A stretch of 64,000 bases of DNA. Source: an uncultured delta proteobacterium (lineage in GTDB: Bacteria > Desulfobacterota > WTBG01 > CAIYCZ01 > CAIRTM01). Numbering within the stretch: position 1 is the stretch's first letter; each line of letters begins with the position of its first letter. The notes beneath the pieces were generated by a model, which worked only from the letters and a program-made list of their open reading frames with translations, was not told the origin of the DNA and did no database searches. This document shows positions 52,773 through 61,699 of the stretch, piece after piece. A program made the position numbers and the translations under genes. The stretch covers positions 160,001 to 224,000 of the forward strand of contig CAWDSQ010000014.1 in the NCBI GenBank assembly GCA_963804955.1, read 5' to 3'.

Positions 52773-54386
52773 ATGAAAAAAAAAGTTTTTATTATGGGTG
52801 TCATCGCAGGGATGCTGGTAATCTTTTCTGTGCTGCCCCGGAGGTGCGCTGCTACTCTATTCTTTTTGAATGAGGACCTCAGGGTAAAGGGGAGCCTGTA
52901 TGAATTCATGATTTACCGAACAAAATTCAACCCGGATGAACACTACTACCGGGATACCAGATTTGGTCTTATGCGTACTAAAGGCACCCTTGAGCTGTTG
53001 TATAAAGCGGTTGAGAATGACAAGCTTCAAGTAAATCTATTCGGGTTTTTTCAGTACTGGCGGGAAGCAGTACCTGACTTTGATGATGAGTACCGTCACA
53101 GTATAGCATCGGATAGCAGAAAAGGATATCAGGGGCCTTTCTTTGATCAGGATGACTGGATCAATGAGGCTTATGCGGATATTTACTCTGGACCATGGAA
53201 CATTCGCCTCGGGAAACAGATCGTGTTCTGGAGCGAGGTAGAGATGGTGCGAACCATTGATCGTATCAATCCCCTTGATTTGCGCTATACCACCCCCGGA
53301 ATTGACCCGTGGGACGAAATGAAGCTTGGGCTGTGGATGATGCGTGGCTTCTATAATTCTACTCTGCCGGGTCAGCTTGTTTTCGAAGGGATATGGATTC
53401 CGGGTGATTTTGAGGCGGTCAGGACTCCCACCGACGGCACCAGCATGGCCGGTGGCGTTGTTAAACCTCAGGGGCCTAAGGGCAGCTGGCCCAGGCCATT
53501 CGGCCAGAAAGCATTATCCGACCTTTTGTTTGAGCGGTCAAAACCGGCTTGGACCCTCAGCAATTCATCCTGGGCTTTAAGAGTCAGGGGCAATTCACCG
53601 GTCAGCCTTTTCAGAGAGGATTATCTGCTTGACTGGACAGTGAGCTGGTTTCACGGTATGGACACCAGTCCCGTCGCCCGCACCAGCACCCTCGGTGAAC
53701 CCAGCGTAACCAATCTAAACCCTAAAACCCTGAATGGCCTTATGGGCAGGAATGCGGTGAGCCGTGTCTTCGGTCTGAAGCTCCCGCAGGCGCCGCATTA
53801 CAGGCTTTTCAACTACAAATTTTTTGATGCACTCGGGGCAAGCTGTCAAAGCTTCGTACCGGCATTAGATTCGGTTGTGCGCGGGGAGTTCTCTTATGAA
53901 ATCGGCGTTCCCATCAACACAACATTTCCAAAGAGCGTTGAACCATCGGGCGACTTCATAACCGGCAACTCCGAACGTAACCAGGTGAATGTCGGTATTA
54001 CTATTGATAAACCCGTTATCATCCCGTGGTTCCAGGAACGCGGGTGGGCCGCATTTGATTGTTCGTTCGGCTGGAGTGCGCAACGGCGGCTCGGCGATGT
54101 CAGTCGCAGATGGTCATCGTTTGGCTGGGGGGACCGGTCCCAGAACAATTTTTCGGTACTGATTAAAGGCAAATTTTATCATGAAGAGATGCGGCCGGTA
54201 ATGCGTTTTTTTTACAATACCCGCAACTGGGGCTACGGCGTTCTAGCCTGTCAGTATGCGCCTGGAGAACATATGCGCTATGAAGGAGGATATATGTGGC
54301 TTTTTGCCAAGGATCCGAGCGATTCAAGTGAAGCCTCAAGCGAAAACGGTGATTTGCTCTATTTACGTATCGGGTACGAGTTTTAA
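52773..54386 (+). CDS. DUF1302 family outer-membrane protein, copy 2
   Basis: Signal peptide, INEAYAD, RLGKQIVFWSE, DRINPLDL, C-terminal LRIGYEF. Confidence 0.85.
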   Translation: MKKKVFIMGVIAGMLVIFSVLPRRCAATLFFLNEDLRVKGSLYEFMIYRTKFNPDEHYYRDTRFGLMRTKGTLELLYKAVENDKLQVNLFGFFQYWREAVPDFDDEYRHSIASDSRKGYQGPFFDQDDWINEAYADIYSGPWNIRLGKQIVFWSEVEMVRTIDRINPLDLRYTTPGIDPWDEMKLGLWMMRGFYNSTLPGQLVFEGIWIPGDFEAVRTPTDGTSMAGGVVKPQGPKGSWPRPFGQKALSDLLFERSKPAWTLSNSSWALRVRGNSPVSLFREDYLLDWTVSWFHGMDTSPVARTSTLGEPSVTNLNPKTLNGLMGRNAVSRVFGLKLPQAPHYRLFNYKFFDALGASCQSFVPALDSVVRGEFSYEIGVPINTTFPKSVEPSGDFITGNSERNQVNVGITIDKPVIIPWFQERGWAAFDCSFGWSAQRRLGDVSRRWSSFGWGDRSQNNFSVLIKGKFYHEEMRPVMRFFYNTRNWGYGVLACQYAPGEHMRYEGGYMWLFAKDPSDSSEASSENGDLLYLRIGYEF

Positions 54387-54421
54387 CCGCACACAACATA
54401 TCCACAGCTAAGGAGGATAGT

Positions 54422-55687
54422 ATGAAAAAAGTTTTCACAGGAATGATTATTTTATTTCTATTCTGGTGTATCAGTCTTACACCGGGTTTTGCCGGGGAAG
54501 TAAATTTTCCAACCCGCAGCTATGAAGGTGAAGAGCTTGCAAAAGTGCGCGAGTGGGAAAAGACCTGGGCCGGCAAAAAAGTATCTACTGAAAATATTGA
54601 TCAGGTCAATGAATTTCTTCATGAAGCTGTAGTAAAAGTCCTCAAAAATCCTAAGGGGTTCGGTGCGGAGTCTTTGTGGTTCACTATTGCGCCGTATCGG
54701 CCATATGCAGTCTCCTCCGGCATGATTGCCGCCACAAAAAAATGTGCGCCTGCAAGCAAGCTTGATAACGAAGATATGCTGGCAGGGTATAGCGATGTTG
54801 CCGGAATCCCCTTTCCACAGCCAAAATCAGGCCTTGAGATGGCATGGAATTTTGCAGGCAATTCCAAAGGTGACAGTCACCGGGAAAAAAATATCGGAGA
54901 TGTTGTTAACTGCGGGCAAAAAACCGAGCGGCATGCAGAAATGACCCGCTCGGAGCTGTACTGGATCGGAAGAGTAGATTCCGATCCGCGCCCCCGCATC
55001 CCTGCACAAGAAAACCCGAGGGGCATAGCACGATCATGGTTTCAGCGCAATCAAGCCCCGGTTGATTTTATTGACATGTCAGTACTTGAACTTAAATATA
55101 TTGACCATAAAAAGCAGGAAGATCTATGGGTCTACACACCGATGTTCAGAAGGATCAGGCGTTATACGGCAAGCCAGCGTACTGACTCAATTGATGGCAC
55201 CGATATGATCTATGACGATCAGGACGGATGGTACACCCATCTTACCGGCAACACCTATGATTTTAAAGGCCGGGCGGATCTTCTTGTTGCACGGCATCAG
55301 GATGCCGGTCAACTCCAGAGGGTCAAAGGCCAGGCTTTCTGGAACGGTATACAGCGCGAACGGGTTAATCACTGGGTCGTTGAAGTTAAAAGCAAGGAGC
55401 CGGGATATGTGTACAGCAGACAAATATGGTATCTGGACCCGGAGAACTGGCAGATGAACTTCAAGGTAATGTACAATCGCAAGGGTGAACTCTGGAAACT
55501 GTATGAACTGTTTTATGATGAGCATGCTACCGCATGTGGTGAAAAAACCTCGATATTTACTGCCGAGCAGTCGCTTGATGTGATTCGCCAACACGGCAGC
55601 CCCAATATCCGTGAAGTGACGGACGTGGGAGCATATATACGGCCTGATTTTTTTCAGACACAGAGCCTTAACCAAAAATCGTATTAA
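54422..55687 (+). CDS. DUF1329 family periplasmic protein, copy 2
   Basis: GIPFPQPKSGLEMAWN, WVYTPMFRRIRR, YSRQIWYLDPENW, YNRKGELWK. Confidence 0.88.
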   Translation: MKKVFTGMIILFLFWCISLTPGFAGEVNFPTRSYEGEELAKVREWEKTWAGKKVSTENIDQVNEFLHEAVVKVLKNPKGFGAESLWFTIAPYRPYAVSSGMIAATKKCAPASKLDNEDMLAGYSDVAGIPFPQPKSGLEMAWNFAGNSKGDSHREKNIGDVVNCGQKTERHAEMTRSELYWIGRVDSDPRPRIPAQENPRGIARSWFQRNQAPVDFIDMSVLELKYIDHKKQEDLWVYTPMFRRIRRYTASQRTDSIDGTDMIYDDQDGWYTHLTGNTYDFKGRADLLVARHQDAGQLQRVKGQAFWNGIQRERVNHWVVEVKSKEPGYVYSRQIWYLDPENWQMNFKVMYNRKGELWKLYELFYDEHATACGEKTSIFTAEQSLDVIRQHGSPNIREVTDVGAYIRPDFFQTQSLNQKSY

Positions 55688-55726
55688 ACAAACAATGAGC
55701 AGTCAAAGCTATTGTCGAAGGTTATC

Positions 55727-56785
55727 ATGGTGAGAAAAATACAAATAAAAATGTTTCTTATACCGACTGTGCTTGTCCTGGTTTTAGGCTGTGACAGGTT
55801 TGACCGTTCCAAGATACAAATGCCGGCCTTCAACTTTGTCACGAGGGAAAATCTGCACAGCATTGCCCGGGTTGATAAACAGCATATCTGGGTGAGCGGT
55901 AATTACGGGACTATACTGTACAGCGCCGATGGCGGAAAGACATGGGAAAAGCAGGTCAGCGGCATCGCCGAGGAGCTGCTGGGATGCATATCGTTTGTTA
56001 ACCCTCAAGAGGGCTGGGCTGCCGGCGTCAGGGGAACAATTGTTCATACGGCTGACGGAGGAAAAACCTGGGCAGTGCAGCCAAGCGGTATTGAACAGGA
56101 TATCCATGATATCTTTTTCCTGGACACGCACTATGGCTGGGCTGTTGGCGAGAGCGGAACAGTTTTGCATACGGACGACGGGGGCAGGCGCTGGAAACGA
56201 CAGAGAGAGCCTGAAGACAAATACTTTAATGATGTTTTTTTTGTTGATAGAAAAACGGGATGGATCGCCGGCGAATTCGGAACAATCCTGCATACTGCCG
56301 ACGGGGGGTTAACATGGCAGCCACAAGAGTGTTCTGACCTTGCTGCTGTTTTCAAAGATGCCGAATGGGATAGGCCGCTGCCGGCGTTGTACGGAATGTG
56401 TTTTATTGATGAAAACCGGGGATGGATCGTCGGGATGGATGGTGTCATCCTGAGGACGGAAAATGGCGGAAAGATATGGTCACTGGAAAAGCCTGTTTCC
56501 GACAAGCCCCTGTACTCTATTATAATGCGTGGCGCACAAGGATGGGCGGTTGGAAACGATGGTTTTTATTTGATGACCGAGAATGGCGGTGATACATGGT
56601 CGGTAAAAGACCAGGCTCTAAAAACCAGATTTTGGCTGCGGGCGGTGTCCTTTCAAGATGATAAGCGAGGGCTTATTGTGGGCGCCCAGGGAACCATTGC
56701 GCTTACTGATGATGGAGGCTTTTCCTGGAAGCTCATATCAGGCTACAGCTACGATATGAAAGAATTCGGGCTGGCCGATTTCTAA
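55727..56785 (+). CDS. YCF48-like beta-propeller lipoprotein, copy 2
   Basis: Lipobox VLGC and repeated GWxxGxxGTILHTxDGGxTW. Confidence 0.9.
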   Translation: MVRKIQIKMFLIPTVLVLVLGCDRFDRSKIQMPAFNFVTRENLHSIARVDKQHIWVSGNYGTILYSADGGKTWEKQVSGIAEELLGCISFVNPQEGWAAGVRGTIVHTADGGKTWAVQPSGIEQDIHDIFFLDTHYGWAVGESGTVLHTDDGGRRWKRQREPEDKYFNDVFFVDRKTGWIAGEFGTILHTADGGLTWQPQECSDLAAVFKDAEWDRPLPALYGMCFIDENRGWIVGMDGVILRTENGGKIWSLEKPVSDKPLYSIIMRGAQGWAVGNDGFYLMTENGGDTWSVKDQALKTRFWLRAVSFQDDKRGLIVGAQGTIALTDDGGFSWKLISGYSYDMKEFGLADF

Positions 56786-56817
56786 AGTTAATGTCCGTTA
56801 TTTTGAAGGAGCATGTT

Positions 56818-58614
56818 ATGAACAGACTAAAGGTGAACAAGCTAATCTGTATTATTCCCTTGGCTGTTTTTCTTCTGCTGGGTTCATGGTCTTGCGGGTT
56901 TCGCAAGGAGAAAATCGGGGTACTGTATGTGCTCCACGGCGGCATGGAGACCAATAATTCTCAAGGCATGTGGGATGCCGTGGTGCAGCAGTTTTCCTAT
57001 GACCATAATCATGCCATTTATCAATTCGTTATCTGGGATCCTGCACAGTGGCCAGCTGTTTTGGATCGTACAGCAACCGATTTTGCAAGGCGGTTTCTGA
57101 TAATGTATGAGTTTGGATATGAGCGCATGGGGGGCACCGATCCTTATCCTGACATCAGTGATAAGCAGTTGGCGCAATTGAAGGCTGAACTGAAAAAAAA
57201 TACTTGCGGCCTGGACATAAAATTTGAAGTCGACTGGGTTGGTTATTTAAGCGCAGACGATGTTGCGCATTACCCGTATCCCCGTTATATTTATAATATC
57301 CCCGATAATACTACCGGGTATCCGCCCGTCTCCGGAGTGTCCAAATGCACCTACTGCGGGGAGGGAGATCCGGACGGCCCCTGGAAGAAATGTGATCCTG
57401 AGCGCTACAATACAGACGGGCCGGTAGAGAGGCTGCTTAAAAAGGGGGTCACAAGTATCATTATGGTTGATACGACTACCGGCGGGGTTCGCTTTTCAAA
57501 AACCTTTGATGTGGTCCAAATGACCAAGCGGGCTCTCAATAAATGGAACCTGGAACACGATACCTCTATTCCCCTGATGTGGGTCAATGACCCCAATAAT
57601 TTAATGGAGCGCTCATATCCAACAAAACCCGAAGGATGGACACGCAGCAAAAAAGCTCCTGAGGTAGACCCGAAGTTTTCTTTGGAGGGTAATCCCAATC
57701 CTGTTGTGGAAGATCCACTGCTGGCTCAATTGCACGTTGAAGGTATAGAAAAGGCCTTTTTCGATTCGGTTCCTGATAATGCTACCGGTGTCATTCTTTT
57801 TAACCATCCAATACACGATTATAATGAGTATTTTGACCCAAAAATTAATGATACCCTTATCGTAAATAAAAATATTAAGGCCTTGCTTATTGAGCGGAAT
57901 CCTGACCTTGAGCCCGCGCATATCATAGGAGCCTATGGAGGGATCCTGGAAATAAATCCGGTTACTGGCCGTGAGGAACGGACCCGGGAAATGCGCGGAG
58001 AAACCTATGGTGCTGCATGGCTTTACGAGAGCGGCAAGCAAATGCCTGGTGAAGAGTGGGGCTACCGGTACTGGGATGCTTTAGAATATTTAAAGAACCG
58101 TGGTGTTAAGCACATTGTTATTGGGTTTCCTCAGATGATTACCGACAACAATTTAAACCTTATTGAAGTGCCGAATCAGTTTGCCAAGGAGATCGGTGTA
58201 AAAACATGGGCGAAATATAAACTGGGGGATTATACTTTGTACCCGGAAGTCGGTCATCCATTTGCAGACTACTGGGGAGTCTGGGTTGATACACAGTGCG
58301 GGCAGGAGGAATGCTGCTTTGAAATGGGCGGCTGCAGCGATGGCCGGGCATACCCACCGCCACGACAGGCACCAATCGATGCATCCCGCGGAGACTTGGA
58401 CCCCTCCCTTGCCTTTGACGGGAGCGCCTACGGGCAGCTGGGGTTTGATGTAACCGGGGACAGCGGATTGCCGGATCCTGAAAAACCAGTACAAGATCAG
58501 TACACCGGCACCTGGGATTTATACAGAGCGGCAAATGCCGACCCCCGGCTGGCAAAGCTGCTGGCGCGCCATGTATTGGATGCAGCTCTTAAAACGCTCC
58601 CACAGGAGGAGTAG
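56818..58614 (+). CDS. Secreted (putative lipoprotein) ferrochelatase-fold protein
   Basis: Signal ending GSWSC. KIGVLYVLHG, YERMGGTDPY...QLAQLKAEL, LLKKGVTSII, VILFNH, DALEYLKNRGVKHIVIGFPQMITDNNLNLIEV follow the HemH motif order. Confidence 0.65.
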   Translation: MNRLKVNKLICIIPLAVFLLLGSWSCGFRKEKIGVLYVLHGGMETNNSQGMWDAVVQQFSYDHNHAIYQFVIWDPAQWPAVLDRTATDFARRFLIMYEFGYERMGGTDPYPDISDKQLAQLKAELKKNTCGLDIKFEVDWVGYLSADDVAHYPYPRYIYNIPDNTTGYPPVSGVSKCTYCGEGDPDGPWKKCDPERYNTDGPVERLLKKGVTSIIMVDTTTGGVRFSKTFDVVQMTKRALNKWNLEHDTSIPLMWVNDPNNLMERSYPTKPEGWTRSKKAPEVDPKFSLEGNPNPVVEDPLLAQLHVEGIEKAFFDSVPDNATGVILFNHPIHDYNEYFDPKINDTLIVNKNIKALLIERNPDLEPAHIIGAYGGILEINPVTGREERTREMRGETYGAAWLYESGKQMPGEEWGYRYWDALEYLKNRGVKHIVIGFPQMITDNNLNLIEVPNQFAKEIGVKTWAKYKLGDYTLYPEVGHPFADYWGVWVDTQCGQEECCFEMGGCSDGRAYPPPRQAPIDASRGDLDPSLAFDGSAYGQLGFDVTGDSGLPDPEKPVQDQYTGTWDLYRAANADPRLAKLLARHVLDAALKTLPQEE

Positions 58615-58656
58615 AAAATACTATACACTATATAAAAACAAACAAAGGAGAGTCCT

Positions 58657-59364
58657 ATGCAAGCAATTCCCTATTATGAACGCATGATGGAACATCTGGC
58701 AAATTTTAATCTGTCTCCCATGAAAGAATATAACGGAGATGATATCACACAGTTTGAATACATTAAGACGGACATGATGACGCAACATCTTCGGGCATAT
58801 AAGGCCGACAAGTTGGACAAAATTGTCACGCTTACCACCGATATCATGGATGGTAAAATATTTGTTTATGGAACCACAATTGTTCCAACAGATGAATATC
58901 CTCTGCCTATTTTTACCTCTGAAATAGTTCCAGCGGTAAACCATCTCAGCTTGCGGGTTGATTTTATTCCCCTTGCAGATTGTGCACGTGACCTTGATTA
59001 TATGGAAAAATACATGATGCCCATGGAAGACCTGTGGGAAAAACACAGACCGATAGAAGGCTCAGGCATTGAGCGCTATACCTGGCAGCGGGTTATGCTT
59101 TCGCCTTTTTATTCGTATGGAAAATATAAATATACTATTGAAAATATCGAGGAAACGGCAATGCAGATTACTATTGACTATTTGAAACTCTATATAAAAC
59201 TCTGGTCCGGAGTGCAAAAGGCGGATCCCGGCTATATGAAGTTGCTCAATGAAAGAAAGAGAGTAATGCTGAATACCATGATGGAGAATGACCCGGGTGA
59301 AGGACCTCTGACAAAAGGCTTTGGCAAAGAAACAGCTCACAAAATTCTTTCACTTCTTTTTTAA
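58657..59364 (+). CDS. Ferredoxin-dependent bilin reductase / red chlorophyll catabolite reductase-like protein
   Basis: PTDEYPLPIFTSE, VDFIPLADCARDLDYMEKY, WQRVMLSPF, DYLKLY, NDPGEGPLTKGFGKETA...LF match the FDBR/RCCR motif series and the typical length (235 aa). Confidence 0.75.
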   Translation: MQAIPYYERMMEHLANFNLSPMKEYNGDDITQFEYIKTDMMTQHLRAYKADKLDKIVTLTTDIMDGKIFVYGTTIVPTDEYPLPIFTSEIVPAVNHLSLRVDFIPLADCARDLDYMEKYMMPMEDLWEKHRPIEGSGIERYTWQRVMLSPFYSYGKYKYTIENIEETAMQITIDYLKLYIKLWSGVQKADPGYMKLLNERKRVMLNTMMENDPGEGPLTKGFGKETAHKILSLLF

Positions 59365-59427
59365 ACAAACCATATTGTTAAGACCATGCCAGGTGGTGTA
59401 TAGGGCAAGGCCAGAAAGGGAAGTCAA

Positions 59428-59883
59428 ATGAAAAAAGTAATTTTGTTACTATCTTTCGTGCTCTTTCTTTATGCATACCCCGGTTTTGCCGGCGAACAAA
59501 CCCCAGCACGTGGGGTAGTTGAAGCAACCGGTGTTGACCTTAAACAACAGGTTGTCAGGATACGCGGATATGAAGGTGTTTCACCCCTTAACCTTTTTAT
59601 AGAACCGGGAACGGTGGTTATTTGGCTCAACCAGTATCAAGGGCCGATAAAAATAACCTTCCTTTCAAAAAAGGTAACACTTGCATGTAAGAGCCCGGTT
59701 AATTTCTTTATTAATGAGCAGGGAGTCTTTGAATCAAGCGTTGTCGGGTTTGGCGCGGTTGCCAGTCTTTGTATGGTTGAATGCGGATCATTTGACTATG
59801 TAATAGAGCGATCACCGGCTGATGCCTCTGCAAGATCAGAGGGTTTCAGGTTTGAAGGAAGGATTGTCGTTAAGAAAAAATAG
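59428..59883 (+). CDS. Secreted cupredoxin-fold protein, copy 2
   Basis: IEPGTVVIWLN, VTLACKSP, AVASLCM, GSFDY, EGRIVV. Confidence 0.7.
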   Translation: MKKVILLLSFVLFLYAYPGFAGEQTPARGVVEATGVDLKQQVVRIRGYEGVSPLNLFIEPGTVVIWLNQYQGPIKITFLSKKVTLACKSPVNFFINEQGVFESSVVGFGAVASLCMVECGSFDYVIERSPADASARSEGFRFEGRIVVKKK

Positions 59884-59897
59884 ATGGAGAATCCTGT

Positions 59898-60440
59898 ATG
59901 ACAACTCATGAAATAACACCGGAAGAAAGAAAAAAGATAGTGGATGAGGCGCTTATAAAGATGAAGATAAAAAGAAAAAACCTCTCCCGCGAAGAACTTG
60001 AAAAAGAAATCATTGATTATCTCAGTAAAAAACAGCCCTGCAGTTTGGCGACCTGCGGCAACGACTGCACCCCCCGCATATCGGTAGTAGACTACGTCAA
60101 TGAGGGTCTTACCATCTATATTCTCAGCGAAGGCGGGGATAAATTCAAAAATCTTGCAGAGAACAAAAAAGTTGCCATTGGAATCGGTACCGGTGCCAAG
60201 GCTTTGAAAACAAGAGGTGTCAATATCCGGGGTATTGCCGAAGTCATTAGCGATGATGCACCCGGGTTTGCCCATGGTATAAAAGTCATGCAGCCTGTAT
60301 TGGATGACATGGCAGAGGCATTGGGGTGCCCTTTTAAGTTACCCAAGGGAATACTCAGGCTGATCAAAGTCACTCCAACTAAAATAGTTTACCATCATAC
60401 AATGCGGGGGGTTAAGCATGCTGTTTGGGAAGCATACTAG
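59898..60440 (+). CDS. Pyridoxamine 5'-phosphate oxidase-like split beta-barrel protein
   Basis: CSLATC...PRISVVDY, KFKNLAENKKVAI, GVNIRGIAEVI, LIKVTPTKI. Confidence 0.85.
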   Translation: MTTHEITPEERKKIVDEALIKMKIKRKNLSREELEKEIIDYLSKKQPCSLATCGNDCTPRISVVDYVNEGLTIYILSEGGDKFKNLAENKKVAIGIGTGAKALKTRGVNIRGIAEVISDDAPGFAHGIKVMQPVLDDMAEALGCPFKLPKGILRLIKVTPTKIVYHHTMRGVKHAVWEAY

Positions 60441-60598
60441 TAAAAAAAAATTGATTTAAAAAAATGAGGGCTTGCTTCCTTGAGAAGCTTTAGGTTGAAG
60501 CCTGCTTAAAGGAAAACCTGGAATGCGGATAATTCCTTTTTCAGAGCTATAACAATAAAAAAATAAGCCCCGGAAGTATTTACAGTGAAGGAGCATTC

Positions 60599-61459
60599 AT
60601 GGCAGATAAGTTCGCTGACGTGCGTATTGTCGATAACTTTTACCAGACATCCAGTTTTTTCCCTATGCCGGTTGTTCTTGTGAGCACTCTGGCTGAATCA
60701 GGGCAAACCAACCTGGGACCCTACTCACTGTGTTTTCCTCATTATGTCACCGGAGGAAAAGATCATGCCATGATGCTTATTGCCCGCGGCACAAGCAATA
60801 CGGCCATGAATATAATACGCACCAGGGTATGTGCCCTTAATTTTATTCCGCATACAAAGAAATTCATGAAAAACTGCGTTATGCTGGGTTATCCGGGCGA
60901 AACCACTGAGGAAAAGATGAAAAACAGTATTTTTACCCTGATGCCATCTCTCAGACAAGAACAACAAAAACCCGGGCACTGGCCTGATATTGTTAAGGAA
61001 GCTGTTCAAATCTTTGAATGCACCTGGGATGACAGCTATCCTTTAAAGCCGCGCGAGGATTTAGTAGAATCCCATTTCCTGCTTCGTATTGATAAAATTG
61101 TCATGAAGGAGAAATGGAAAGATTGCCTGCTTAAAGGTAAAGGTTTCCCCCGTTTGCCGATTGATTATGGATACCGGGATAATGTTCGATTTTGGTTTGC
61201 TCGACAATCGAGGCCGTATGCGGTTCCCATTCCAAAAGAAAAAGGCAACAAAATTGAAACGGTGAAGTATGCCTGTGTCCGGTTTGACCCGAATATCGCC
61301 TGGCAGGATGAAGCCTGCGCAAAAATAGTGAAAGTGCCGAGCATATTTTTAAATAAAGTTATCAGTGGTGTTGTGAAAGCAGCAAAAGAGCAAGGGGTTA
61401 CGGTTATTACCCCCGAGTTTATGGACAAAATTCGAGATAAGCGCTCAAATCAAAAATAG
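60599..61459 (+). CDS. Flavin reductase-like domain fused to a C-terminal PCP_red (BchB/ChlB-tail-like) domain
   Basis: FPMPVVLVST...NLGPYS, NTAMNI, ALNF, FEC. Tail WQDEACAKIVKVPSIFLNKV...AAKEQGVTVITPEFMDKIR. Confidence 0.8.
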   Translation: MADKFADVRIVDNFYQTSSFFPMPVVLVSTLAESGQTNLGPYSLCFPHYVTGGKDHAMMLIARGTSNTAMNIIRTRVCALNFIPHTKKFMKNCVMLGYPGETTEEKMKNSIFTLMPSLRQEQQKPGHWPDIVKEAVQIFECTWDDSYPLKPREDLVESHFLLRIDKIVMKEKWKDCLLKGKGFPRLPIDYGYRDNVRFWFARQSRPYAVPIPKEKGNKIETVKYACVRFDPNIAWQDEACAKIVKVPSIFLNKVISGVVKAAKEQGVTVITPEFMDKIRDKRSNQK

Positions 61460-61699
61460 TGCAGTCCGCTCACCTGCAGGAGACAGTAATAAAGATTTTT
61501 TGAAAAAATTCAGCAAACAAACGGGTGTGGAGTCGACAGGTTGTCTTAAATGCCGTAATTAAAAACTAGACCTTTTAATTTGTTCCAGATGAGGATTTCC
61601 CCTTCGATAAGTGATATGTGTTGGCAGATAGAAAGTTTTGACTAATGTAATCTATTTAGCAGCGATTCCATGACATGAATTTCAACATGAAGGAGTTTT

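Noticed and set aside
56818..58614. Assigning hemH
   Set aside because: Signal peptide, large insertions and apparent loss of the conserved Glu argue against a housekeeping ferrochelatase.
55727..61459. Photosynthesis cluster (YCF48, PCP_red, bilin reductase)
   Set aside because: No reaction-centre, bch/chl or phycobiliprotein genes. The YCF48-like proteins here are generic BNR propellers of the MMPL module.
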